A stretch of 64,000 bases of DNA from Squalus acanthias (lineage: Eukaryota): the NCBI GenBank assembly GCA_030390025.1, contig CM059432.1, positions 135,100,001 to 135,164,000 of the forward strand, read 5' to 3'. This document shows, piece by piece, positions 12,385 to 24,036 of the stretch (positions are counted from its first letter, which is position 1; every line of letters begins with the position of its first letter). The notes beneath the pieces were generated by a model. That model ran no database searches and was not told the origin of the DNA. It saw only the letters and a program-made list of their open reading frames with translations. Both the position numbers and the translations under genes were made by a program.

Positions 12385-13160
12385 AGAATCTGGACATCAT
12401 TCAGGCTTGGGCTAACAAGTGACGTCTAACGTTTACTTCACATAACTGCCAGGTAACTATCTTCTCCAACAGCAAAAAACCCAACTACCTTCCCCCCACC
12501 CCCGACCTGCAATGGCATCACCATTGTTGAGTCCTTGACCATCAGTGTCTTGGGAGGTCACCACTGACCAGAACCTTGACTGCACCAGCCAAAACAGCAC
12601 CACTGTTACTACAACAGGGCAGAGGCTGGGCATTTGTGATGAGTGGCTCACCTCCTGACTCCTTACACCCTTTCGACCATCTATAAAGCGCATGTCAAGG
12701 CTGTGATGAAATACTCAGCACTCACCAGAATGGATGTAGCCACAATGGCCTCCTTCTGTGCCGTTATGACTCTATGACAACAATCAAGAAGCTCATCCAA
12801 GCTCAATCGGTGCCCCTGCTAATGGACTTGGTATGCACCCCTTTTCCCACTGACTCACTGCGGCTACAGTATATACTATTTACAGAATACACTGCAGCAA
12901 CTCACCAAGCTTACTTTGACCATACCTCTCAGTCTGTGACCTCTATTACTGAGAAGGCCAAGAGCAGCAATATCATGCCAGGAATACCATCACCGCCACG
13001 CCGCACACTATCCTGAGTTGGACATATATTGCCGTTCCTTTATAGTCACTGGGTCAAATCCCTAGCATTCCCAACCTAAGTAGTCTGGGAGCACCATCAC
13101 CACAAGGACTGCAGTGGTTCAAGAAAGTGGGCCATGACCGCCATCTTGAGCAATATTAAT
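12385..13160 (+). mobile_element. Degenerate CR1/L2-group LINE RT C-terminus and tail
   Basis: Broken frames resemble LDIIQAWANK..., LGGHH/TDQNL..., RAGQRLGI...HLLTP..LSTIYKAHVKAVMKYS. Confidence 0.7.
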
Positions 13161-13540
13161 AGGACTGCTAAAGACAGAAATTTACAGCGTAATTATAAAT
13201 ATTACACTGAGTGTACATCCACAGTGTCGCACCTTCTAAAAATATCACACCACAAAGTGTGGCACCTCAGAAGCATCTCACCTCAAAAGCGTCACAAGTT
13301 TGGAAAGCTTAAATAACCATTATCTGTTAAGCTGCCAATCAAATAGTTGATTGCCCAAATGTAAATGAACCAAAAGCAGTTGCAGTCACTCAACTGGTAG
13401 CACAAAATTACTAGTGAGGAAAGAGTAACCAGCATGAAATGGGGCAATCAAACTGCTCAGGTTTTTCTTACAAAGCTATTATTCACAAGTCAGCAAGTAC
13501 TACAAAACTGATCAAACAAATCACTGAAAAACAACTTATC

Positions 13541-16500
13541 GAATCATAGAATGATACAGCACAGCAGGAAGCCATTCGGCCCATCGTGACTGTGTTGCCT
13601 CAACTGAGGAGGCTGAGGGGAGATTTAATTGCGGTGTATAAAATTATGAGGGGCCAAGATAGAGTGGATAGGAAGGACATCTTTCCCTTAGCAGAGAGCT
13701 CAATAACCAGGGGGCATAGATTTAAAGTAATTGGTATAAAAATTAGTGGGGAGTTAAGGAGAACTTGTTTCACCCAGAGGGTGGTGGGGGTCTGGAACTC
13801 ACTGCCTGAAAAGGTGGTAGTGGCAGAAACCCTCGTTGCATTTAAAAAGTACTTGGATATTCACTTGAAGTGCCGTAACCTACAGAGCTATGGACCAAGA
13901 GCTGGAAAGTGGGATTAGGCCGGATAGCGCTTTTTTGGCTGGCACAGACACGATGGGCTGAATGGCCTCCTTCTGTGCCGTAAATTTCTATGATTCCATG
14001 ATTGACTCTTTGAAAGAGCTATCCAATTAGTCCCACTCCCCTGCTCTTTCCCCATAGCCCTCCAAATTTTTCCTTTTCAAGTACAGTATTTATCCAATTC
14101 CCTTTTGAAAGTTATTCAATCTGCTTCCACCACCCTTTCAGGCAGTGCATTCCAGATCATAACAACTCACTGCATAAAAAAAAAATTCTACTCATCTCCC
14201 CCTCTGGTTCCTTTGCAATTACCTTAAATCTGTGTCCTCTGGTTACCGACCCTTCCGCCAGTGGAAACAGTTTCTCCTTATTTAATCTATCAAAACCCTT
14301 CAAGATTTTGAACACCTCTATTAAATCGCCCCTTAACCTTCTCTGCTCCAAGGAAACAATCCCAGTTTCTCTAGTCTCTCCATGTAATTGAAGTCTTTCA
14401 TCTCTGGTGCCATTCTAGTAAATCCCCTCTGCACCCTCTCTCAGGCCTTGACATCCTTCATAAAGTGTGGTGCTCAGAATTGGCCACAATACTCCAGTTG
14501 GGGCCTAACCAGTGTTTTATAAAGGTTTAGCATAAATTCCTTGCTTTTGTACTCCATGGGGAGAATTTTTCGGGAGGTCAGCGGGCACGGTTGGTGGCGG
14601 GTCGGGTGAAAAAATGTTTTTTTGACAACGGGCAGGGGACCCGCTGTCAACCTGCCACCACGCCAGTTTCCCAGATGTCAGGTCTGTCATCGCTGAACAG
14701 ACCCGACACCAAGCAGCGAGGGAGGCAATTTAGATTCTTAAGAGCTTGTTAACAGGCACTTACAGAAGTATTTTAAGCTCAACTTTAGATTTTAAGAGTT
14801 TGCCCATGGCTTCCCCGCTGTTCGGGGATCGCATCAGGTAAGGACGTCGGAAGTTGTGACAGCATGGGGTGATTTCTTAACTTGACAGCTGCAAATGTTC
14901 TATAAAAGCTCCCATTTCACAGCTGTTCGCTTTCCAAGGTTAGAAGCTGTTGCATACTGCATTTGGAAGACAGATTGAGCTTTATGCAGCAAACCCTGTG
15001 TCCAGTGTCACCTCATTGGAACAACCTCTCTCACCATTGACAGATCGCTTCTGTCATCTCAACTTCACCTGCCATCTATTCCATCAGCATCAGTGCCCTT
15101 GAAACTATCTCACCTTGGTCCTCAGAATCACACCAGGATCAGCCCCAACACCAGCAGCACCAGGCACACCAGCAGCACCAACAACACCAGCAACCTTCTT
15201 CACAATCACCTGGTGCTGCACAGGACACAGGGCATCAGCACCTGACCACATTGCTGCCCGGGAGGCCAGGGATGGCCTCACCATGACCAGATTTACATCA
15301 CTTAACGCTGTACACCCTGGCTGCCACATGATGCGCCAGGTTGGCACCACCCCACACCAGCACCATAATAAGGCATCCCAAAATGCCGAAGCATTCCTTT
15401 CACACTCATCACCATTGTGGGGGGTACCGTTATGTCTCACCATTCACTACAACTCACTAAGCCACTTCCAAAGGTGCACACAAATCTGTCCAAGAATGCA
15501 AAGTGTTGAAAATAAAGATTTCAATGTTTGACAGCACATTAACAGAAACTTCACATGAACATTGGCTAAAATACACATGTGCCTACCCTTGTGTGTTGTT
15601 ACTTGGTATGATTGGACTAGGATGAGGGTGAGTGTGAGGGGTGGCTCGTGAGATGGGGAAGTGATAATGTGGATAGAGAGGGATGGGTGGAGGTGCAAGG
15701 TAAGTTGGTGTGAGTAAGGATGTGCAGGAGTAGGGTAGGGAAGGCAGAGTGATGTGGATGTGATGAGTGGCACAGCAGGATGAGGTTGAGTGTGGCTTTG
15801 CAGTAACGTTTCATGATCTGCTGAGCTCATTGAAAGGTTTGCACCACTGCAGCCTGGTCCTCCTGACGACATCCCTGCTTGTGTCCTCCTGTGCAATGTG
15901 CAATCAGGCTGCGTTAGTGTCCTGGGGAGGTCTCTTCTGCCCATGGGAAGGGAAGAGAGCCTCCGTGTGTGCTGTGACTCCCTCCATAAGCATATGGAGG
16001 GAGTCATGGAAGAGCCTGGGTGCAGCCGTGCACCTCTGTGCAGTGGCTGTCAGTGTTTGCAGCACCTCAATGCTGCACAACTGTCAAAATCAATTTGCGC
16101 ATAGTCCCTTTAAGGAAACCGGCTGATGATGCATCATCAAGTGACGTCATCAGACCCGCTTCCTTCAATCGGCCGGGAAACACGCTGGGCAGGCTTAACA
16201 AGCCCAATCAGCGTAAAATCATTTCATAGAGCAGGCTGGAGCCAGCAGCGGGGTCGCACCCCACCACCAACCATACCGGACCCGCCGAGGTAGGCGAAAT
16301 CGCGGCCCTTGCCTCTATTTATAAAGCCATGGATCCCATATGCCTTTTTTACAGCCTTCTCAACTTGTCCTGCCACCTCCAAAGATTTGTGTACGCACAC
16401 ACCAGGTCTCTCTGATCCTGCACCCTCTTTAAAATTGTATCATTTAGTTTATATTGCCTCTCCTCATTCTTCCTACTAAAATCAATCACTTCAACTTCTC

Positions 16501-16935
16501 TGCATTAAATTTCATCTGCCATCTGACTGCCCATTTCAACAGTCTGTGTTCTCCTGAAGTCTGTTACTAACCTCTTCACTGTTTACTACATTTCTGAGTC
16601 TCATGTCATCTGCAAACTCTGAAATTATGCCCTGTATACCCAAGTCCAGTCCAGGTCATTAATATATATCAAAAAGAGCTGTGTCCCCATCACCAATCCC
16701 TGGGGAACACCACTGCGCACTTCCCTCCAATCTGAAAAACAACTGCTCACCTCTACTCTTTGCTTTCTGTCCCTTAGCCAGTTTCGTATCCACACAGCCA
16801 CTGCCCCTTTAATCCCATGGGATTCAATTTTGCTAACAAGTCCATTGTGTGGTACTTTAATCAAACGCCTTTTGAAAGTCCATATACACAACATCAACCA
16901 CACTACCCTCATTAACCCTCTCCGTTACTTCATCA
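13541..16935 (-). mobile_element. CR1 LINE 3' part, interrupted by a plus-strand CR1 (about 13600-14002) and a Harbinger derivative
   Basis: RT motifs SGVPQGLVMGTQLFLIYINDL (16625-16912) and LEQRRLRGDLIEVFKIL (14157-14351). Tail at 13541-13595. Confidence 0.88.
14559..16308 (-). mobile_element. Harbinger internal-deletion derivative (same family as 2408-3461), inserted in a CR1
   Basis: Inverted homology to 2408-3461. Splits the CR1 sequence gtactccATG|TTGcctctatt (imperfect 3-bp TSD). Myb remnant on -, fused N-/C-terminal transposase remnants on +. Confidence 0.82.
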
Positions 16936-17163
16936 TGTTGCTTTTTGAGCAACTTATGACGTACTTGTGAATTTAAATTTGCACATTTTAAACATTGTGA
17001 AATAAATCACTAAACTTAGCCATAAACTTATGTTTTTGATCTTAGAATTCTCTAAAAACTCTTTCGCTCAGTGCTGCTCTGTCTCTGGGGCTTGGAGCTG
17101 ACGATCTGTTAGGATCCCAATGCTCGCAGTGGGCTTAACTAGCAATGTGTCACATACCCCCAC

Positions 17164-17294
17164 CAACGTTCCCTCTAAGCTGCCCGGGACTGGCTTTTAC
17201 AATGTAAAATTTTGTGCATGCGCGAAACTTTGAATGGGTTGCGCAGCCCATTAAAGGGACCGCGCCCCCAAACATAAAATTAGGGGAAATATTG
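17164..17294. mobile_element. hAT-type MITE
   Basis: caacgttccctctaa...ttaggggaaatattg, TSD ACCCCCAC/ACCCCCCC. Confidence 0.75.
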
Positions 17295-18275
17295 ACCCCC
17301 CCACCTCTTCGCGGCCAGTAATAGTTAGGAGACTTCCACTTTATTTCGGGAAAAATCTCTCTCTACTGCGGCAAAAAAATGTTTTAAAAATAAAGCTGGG
17401 AGTTCTTGCAACCTGACTTGCGGCACTGTGGTAAAGTGCAATACCATGCACTGTTTAGTCTACTGGCAGGCAGTGTTTAGCCTACTAATATGGATTTTTG
17501 CTTGGGGGCATCTTTTGGGACATTCTGGGTAGTAACTGTAATGGAGATGGTTTGGAACAGAGTGTGTGACTGCACTGAATAAAGTACTTTTTTTTTGGAC
17601 TGCTCTGGGGAATTATCGCAGTTTCTTTCAAAGTTAACAATCGGCAGAAGGAAACCTTTAACATGCTCAATGTATTCACTTATTTCAACAAGGACCGTAC
17701 TTGCCTTCGAGCCCCCAGTTCCGTTACCCACACAGACTCATCCCAGGTCACAGACTTTGCCCATAATACAGGTGATCTACAGCAATAATAAGTACAGGTA
17801 AATCTGTATCCCACTGAGAATATCTATTTTATATATTGGATCTGCACATACCTCCTGTTGCATTAGCGCATACTCCTGCAATGTCACATTTGTGCAGCCA
17901 TACTTTGTAGATTGGTTCAAACCAAAACTCATAACTGAAGAGGTAGGGAACAAAAAGATAGGAAATGACATGAAAACTACCAGAGAGAAATGACAAAGGA
18001 TGTATGAAAATGCCCAGTCAAGAGGAACCTCTTAATAAAAGAAAAGAAGCTGAACCAATCAAATCACTTCTTGAAAGAATTTTCATCCACCATTATTTTT
18101 TCCACAATAACAGAAATTTCTAATGTCCAAAATAAGGTTTAAAAGACCTTAAATTGAATATTTTGGAATAACATGATTAAACCGAATTGTAAAATGGCCT
18201 TTGGTGTTTGAGTACCTTCACCAAACGTTTTACTTGACAGCTTCAGCCTCTCCAAAGCGTAGTCTTCGACTTCTT

Positions 18276-18972
18276 GGGGCTGAAATTGGATAGTGCAGGC
18301 CGACTGTCGACAACTGGGTACAGGGAGCAATCCCTGCGCTGGAACGGGTAGGCCCGATCGAAATTGGGCCTCGGGCCTCATTTAAATCAGACTGGCGAGC
18401 TGCGGACACCTGCAGTGTGTCCCCAGGCCGCTCGCCGGCAAAGCGGATGTAAATTTTGGGCCGCTGCGTCACCAGGAGTGGCCCTCGTGTAAATCCTTGG
18501 AGGTGTGGGGGGGCGGGGTGGGGTGGGGCTTGCGGAGGCCATCGAGAGGGAGAGCGGCGATCGGGAGGGGGCCGGCAATAATCTCTGGGACTGCTGTAGA
18601 GCTGGGAGGAGCACTCGTAAAGCTTACTTATTTTGGTGCCGGGCTCCAGCGGTCCCTTTAAGGACTGTAGGTTAGGCCATATGATTATTCTTAACGTACC
18701 GCTCCCGGCGTCGGCTGCATTCAGGGCGGTCCAGTTTTAGGAAGGGGTCCTGAAACTGGCGTTTGGCCCGCTATTTCCCTATGCAAAGGGCCTAACGCCC
18801 GGTTCAGATGCTGGCCCTGGACGCTCATACTTCAGCCTTTACCAAAATGGTGGCCGGTGCATTTCCAGCGTGGGATGTGCGCGCACACGCCGCCCAGCAT
18901 ACTGGACGCTTGGGTGCCTGTAAAACGGATGTGACGTCAATGTAGTCCTCGGTCAATATTTTTTTCCCCCCC
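18276..18972. mobile_element. GC-rich Harbinger-type MITE
   Basis: Begins ggggctgaaattgg, a CpG-rich block in AT-rich intron. Right end degenerate. Confidence 0.5.
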
Positions 18973-19062
18973 AGAGATGTGACTCTGTTAGTTGATTGAA
19001 ATCCTTCAACATATATGGGGGAAAACAGTGCAGACCTAGACTTAATTCCCTGACCAGTAATT

Positions 19063-19520
19063 AAATAAATAAAAGTCTGTGCGCGAGCTAATGCAAATTA
19101 CAATTAAACTCTGCCAATTTTACTTCAAAATATGTTGAGTTCATTCCTGTCTCTTCATTTTATAATGATCAATAAATAATCTTGATGCATTTCCATTTTA
19201 AATAAATAAAAGTGTGTGGCAGAGCTCCTTCAAATCATTATTAAGCTCCCTCCACTTTTACTTCAAATTCATTTGAGTTCATTCTTTTGCTGAGCGCCTA
19301 TCTTGATTTTATAAAAATAGCTGAATAATTTTAGCCCAGCCTCGTGCGTGATGGATTCCAATCCCATATGCTTCCTCTTAATAATAATAGTGAAATAAAT
19401 AAAAGTTTGTGTCAGAGCTGCTGCAAATAATGATTAATCTCCGCCCCGCCCCACTTTTAATCCCAAGTTAATTCCTTCGGTGAAACGTCTCTTGATTTTA
19501 TAAATATAATGAAGTAATTC
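19063..19520. repeat. Degenerate AT-rich tandem repeat, 3 units
   Basis: Units start AAATAAATAAAAGT at 19063, 19200 and 19393 and share gagct..caaat..atta..tttta..tctt(c/g)attttata. Confidence 0.75.
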
Positions 19521-20175
19521 TGTTCCGACTGAGTTATATGCTGATTTAAAGAATGATATCATCACATCGCAGAGGTGTATTTAGGGGAGACATTTTTAAA
19601 CCAATGCAGCTCTTGATTCCGTGTGTAGCAACACAGGAGAATCACGAATACTAAATAGCAGCCAGGAACAACAGCATTAATATTGAATAATAGCTATATT
19701 CTCAGCTCGACTCCTGTTCCCTCCTTATCCCAGTGGCAGGTTTTAGCTTCTTGGGCTCTGGCTCCCATCATCTCCACGCAACTCTAACAAGATGGCACAC
19801 CAAGCTGTCCACTCCCAGCCAGAGATATGATCACTGCTATAGCTATTACAGGTTCGGAGCCTAAACGTTGGCTCCAGGTTTCTGTGGCAGTTGGGATGAA
19901 AAGGAGAGCATGAAACATGTAGCAGAAAGAGAGAGGGAGAGAGGTGGGGAAACCAGACGAGAGACGTACAGAGTACCAGACATACAGGAAGAAAAAAAAC
20001 CCCACACAGAATGAGAGAGTTACAGAGAGACAGAAACTGTAAGAGGTGAAACAGAAGCCGGACAACAATAAAAGTACCTGTGAGAGAAAGCAAGAGAGGG
20101 AGATAAGACAAAAGTAAAGGAATTGGAGAGTAGGAAACCAGAATAGAGATGGCTACAGGAATAGAGAGAGATAAT

Positions 20176-20891
20176 GGGCCGTATTTTGCGACCCCTACGG
20201 GTGCGTATGCGGTGTGTACGCGCCCATAGGGGCCGCGCAAGTGCTGGGTTTAGGCATGCGAAGCGCATGCGCTAAAACCCGGATCCTGCGATCTGTCAAG
20301 AATCCTCTTGACAGATCCTCCGCATCCTCAGGAGATGGGCCTCCGCTGGTGGAGAGTGTTACGCTATTTGCCCATCTTCTGCCCACTGAATGCCCGTGAA
20401 ATTCTTACGCCTGGTAAAAGCAGAATACGGCCTGCTTTTATCAGCATAAGAGTTTTAGAAAATAGAAAAATAAAATTTTATCACTCATTTATACATTAAA
20501 AACCCTGTCCAATAAGGTAAGTTTATTTTTAGCCCCGTTAAAACTTATTTCTTTTTCAAAAAAATTACATTTTCGTTTAAAATATTTAATGAAATGGCAT
20601 TTTAATTAATTTTAAATATGTAATTAAAAAAAAAATTATTTCATGTGTTCGTGTATTTTTTAAGTGAACCCCATTCATACTTATGAATGGAGATCCCCAT
20701 TCTTTTATTGGTTGGGCCGGCCCACGTGATCCCAGGGGTGCTTGCGAACCGCGTGCGGCCCTGGGATCACGTGGGTCTCTGCCTGCGCGGACCAGGAGAG
20801 GCCCAGGATCGCAAGCCTCCATATCTCCCGGGCCACCAGGTAAATGCGTAGATTTTTTTTTTTTTTACAGGTCGGAGGTAAATTTTGGGCC
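20176..20891. mobile_element. Harbinger-type MITE
   Basis: Termini gggccgtatttt / aaattttgggcc, flanks AAT/ATT. GC-rich arms around an AT-rich core. Confidence 0.65.
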
Positions 20892-21224
20892 ATTATTTTC
20901 TCTAATTTTTGTCAATGAGCAAAGCCACAGATCCACTGTATTATAGAAACATAGAAACTAGGAGCAGGAGTAGGCCATTCGGCCCGTCGAGCCTGCTCCA
21001 CCATTCAATACGATCATGGCTGATCATCCAAATCCAGTACCCTGTCCCTGCTTTCTCACACAGAATCCCCATCGAGCCTGCACCGACACATATCCCACCC
21101 TATCCCCGTAACCCCACGTATTTAATTCCCCCCTAACACTAAGGGTCAATTTATCATAGCCAAATCAACCTAACCCGCACATTATATACCAATACATTGC
21201 GTTTCATGGTGAAACACTGCCATT

Positions 21225-21692
21225 AAAGAAAGACTTGCATTTATATAGTGTCTTTCACAACCACTGGACGTCTCAAAGCGCTTTACAGCCAATTAAGTAC
21301 TTTTTTTGAAGTGTAGTCACTGTTGTAATGTAGGAAACGCGGCAGCCAATATGCGCACAGCAAGCTCCCACAAACAGCAATGTGATAATGACCAGATAAT
21401 CTGTTTTAGTGATGTTGAATGAGGGATAAATAGTAGCCAGGACACCAGGGATAACTCCCCTGCTTTTCTTCGAAATAGTGCCATGGGATCTTTTACATCC
21501 ACCTGAGAGTATATGGGGCTTCGGTTTAACATCTCATATGAATGACGGCACCTCTGACAGTGCAGCACTCCCTCAGTACTGCACTGGAGTGTCAACCTAG
21601 ATTTTTGTGCTCAAGTCTCTGGAGTGGGACTCGAACCCACAACCTTCTGGCTCAGAGGTAGAGGGTGCTACCCACTGAGCCACTGGCTGACA
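21225..21692 (-). mobile_element. Deu-domain SINE
   Basis: Full-length homolog of 4951-5422. Possible CATTA TSD. Confidence 0.85.
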
Positions 21693-22366
21693 CATTACTA
21701 TCATAAGGTGTATACTCTGACAAATCATAAACAATGGCAAGGGAGACTTGCTAGTACTTTAATCATTTCATTATTCACAAACTTGATGCATTTCTGCAAA
21801 TGGGAAAATGCAGAAAATGACCAAAGGTGTGGAAAAAACAGTGGAAAACCGGGTAATGTACTGAATCATGGGTTTCCCACATTGTGACACTACTTATTTT
21901 TTACGCGTGCCTCTTAAATAGCTGTTTAATATGACTTATTTGAATTTTTCACAGCATCTTAATAGTCTGTAAGTGAAACTATATCGAATGAAATATGGCC
22001 TGACTTTATACCAATTAGTCCAAAACATTCAACTGAAGTTAACAAGACAGGCATTGACGGTTAAACAGAACTACGCCTCAGACAAAATAAACACGAATGG
22101 TCTAGGAGCAATACTGTAACTTCACATAATTACCGACTAAATTGCTTTCAAATTTTAAAGTTTAGTTATAGTGACAGATTCTACATACAGATCAAACTTT
22201 GCTGTGTGCTTAGAAATATGAAGCTGCTGAAGCTGTTATATTCTCCATAGATGAAATGGCTGCCAACCAGTCATGAGCTCAGAACTAACGAAAGCTTTCG
22301 GAAGGTCAAAGTTATACAGTAATTTTTGCTTGATCTTAGTCGCTGTGCAGCACAAGGTGGGTTTTG

Positions 22367-22765
22367 AAAGAAAGACTTGCATTTATACAGTGCCTTTCAT
22401 GACCTCAGGATGTCCCAAAGTGCTTTACAGCCAATGAAGTACTCTTTGAAGCGTAGGCACTGTTGTAAGGTAGGAAACGTGGCAGCCAAATTGGGCACAG
22501 CAAGGTCCCACAAACAGCAATGAAATAAATGGCCAGATCATCTATTTTAGAACACTAGGAGAGCTCCCCTGCTCCTCTTCACAAAAGTGCCATGGGATCA
22601 TTTACGTCCACCTGAGAGAACAGATAGGGCCTCAGTTTAATGTCTCATCTGAAAGACGGCACCTCCGACAGCCTAGATTATGTGCTCAAGTCTCTGGAGT
22701 GGGCCTTGAACCCACGACCATCTAACTCAGAGGCGAGAGTGCTACCCACTGAGCCACGGCTGACA
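22367..22765 (-). mobile_element. Deu-domain SINE (internal deletions)
   Basis: Homolog of 4951-5422. Confidence 0.83.
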
Positions 22766-23101
22766 CCTTTTGTAAAATGTTTTGCAAATAACACTCATTA
22801 TTTCATCCTATCTTTTTCTTCATTGATTACTGAACAACACAGCTTTTAAAGACAAAAAAATGATGAAGGGACATATTCTGTTACCAATAAATTGAAAATA
22901 AAAAATCAGCAGCTAGAAATTAAATCTACATTAAAGTATTCACTTAACCATTGGCTCTCCTATGTCATTGCTTCTGCTTAGTCCAGAGTACAGCTACGAC
23001 ATGTGGCTGTTAAATTTGTTTAATCTGAACTGTTCCTTTAAGCCCATTGCTCAAGTGAGGATGTGGTCTACATAGGCAAGTGTAAGAAATCGTAGTAGTT
23101 T

Positions 23102-23585
23102 GTGGCCAGTGGCTCAGCTGGGAGCACTCTCGCCTCTGAGCCAGAAGGTTGTGGGTTCCTAAGTCCCACTCCAGAGACTTGAGCACAAAAATCTAGGCTG
23201 ACACTCCAGTGCAGTACTGAGGGAGTGCTGCACTGTCAGAGGTGTCGTCTTTTGGATGAGACGTTAAACCGAGGCCCCGTCTGCTCTCTCAGGTGGACGT
23301 AAAAGATCCCAAGGCACTATTTTGAAGAAGAGCAGGGGAGTTCTCCCCGGTGTCCTGGCCAATATTTATCCCACAAGCGACATCACTAAAACAGATTATC
23401 TGGTCATTATCACATTGCTGTTTGTGGGAGCTTACTGTGCGCAGATTGGCTGCCGCGTTTCCTACGTTACAACATTGACTACATTTCAAAAAAAGTACTT
23501 CGTTGGCTGTAAAGCGCTTTGGGACGTCCAGTGGTCATGAAAGGCGCTACATAAATGCAAGTCTTTCTTTCTCCTTTCTTTCTTT
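23102..23585 (+). mobile_element. Deu-domain SINE
   Basis: A box tggctcagctgg, B-box-like ggttcctaagtcc, Deu core and (TTTC)-rich tail. Confidence 0.85.
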
Positions 23586-23618
23586 AACTGCTGAGGTCAG
23601 TCAGAAGGGAGTTGTAGG

Positions 23619-23766
23619 CAACGTTCCCCCTACGGTCTGCGGCCGCGTGGCTGCGCATTGATCGGGAGGTCCTGCGCAGGTCACTCACCAGCTTTTGCCG
23701 CTGGATGATACCGCACAGAAAATTTAAAGGGACCATGCAGGAAAAAAGAAATTAGAGGGAACGTTG
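23619..23766. mobile_element. hAT-type MITE
   Basis: TIR caacgttccc / gggaacgttg, perfect 8-bp TSD GTTGTAGG. Confidence 0.88.
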
Positions 23767-24036
23767 GTTGTAGGTGCTTGTAAAGGTCTGCTCCAGGTCA
23801 AAAAGGCCCAACAATAAATGACTGACTTTCTTTTACTTATCTGTAACAAAGTGTGACACTTTGAAGAGCTTTGTACTCGCACAAAATATGGCATCTGGTG
23901 TGTTGAACATGTGCTAGTACTGGTGCTCCAAGTTAAAATACTGTAGGAAACCTTTCCAACCATTTTATTCAAAGATTGGTTTTGATGTCCGTCTGCTATT
24001 ACCTTCAGCTTTCAGTAAGGTTACTCAAAACACATT

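Noticed and set aside
19063..19520. CRISPR-like array
   Set aside because: Eukaryotic intron. The units are degenerate along their whole length, with no identical repeats separated by unique spacers.
23105..23175. tRNA gene
   Set aside because: The A/B boxes belong to a SINE head continuous with the Deu-SINE body, and there is no complete cloverleaf. The same applies to the other SINE copies.
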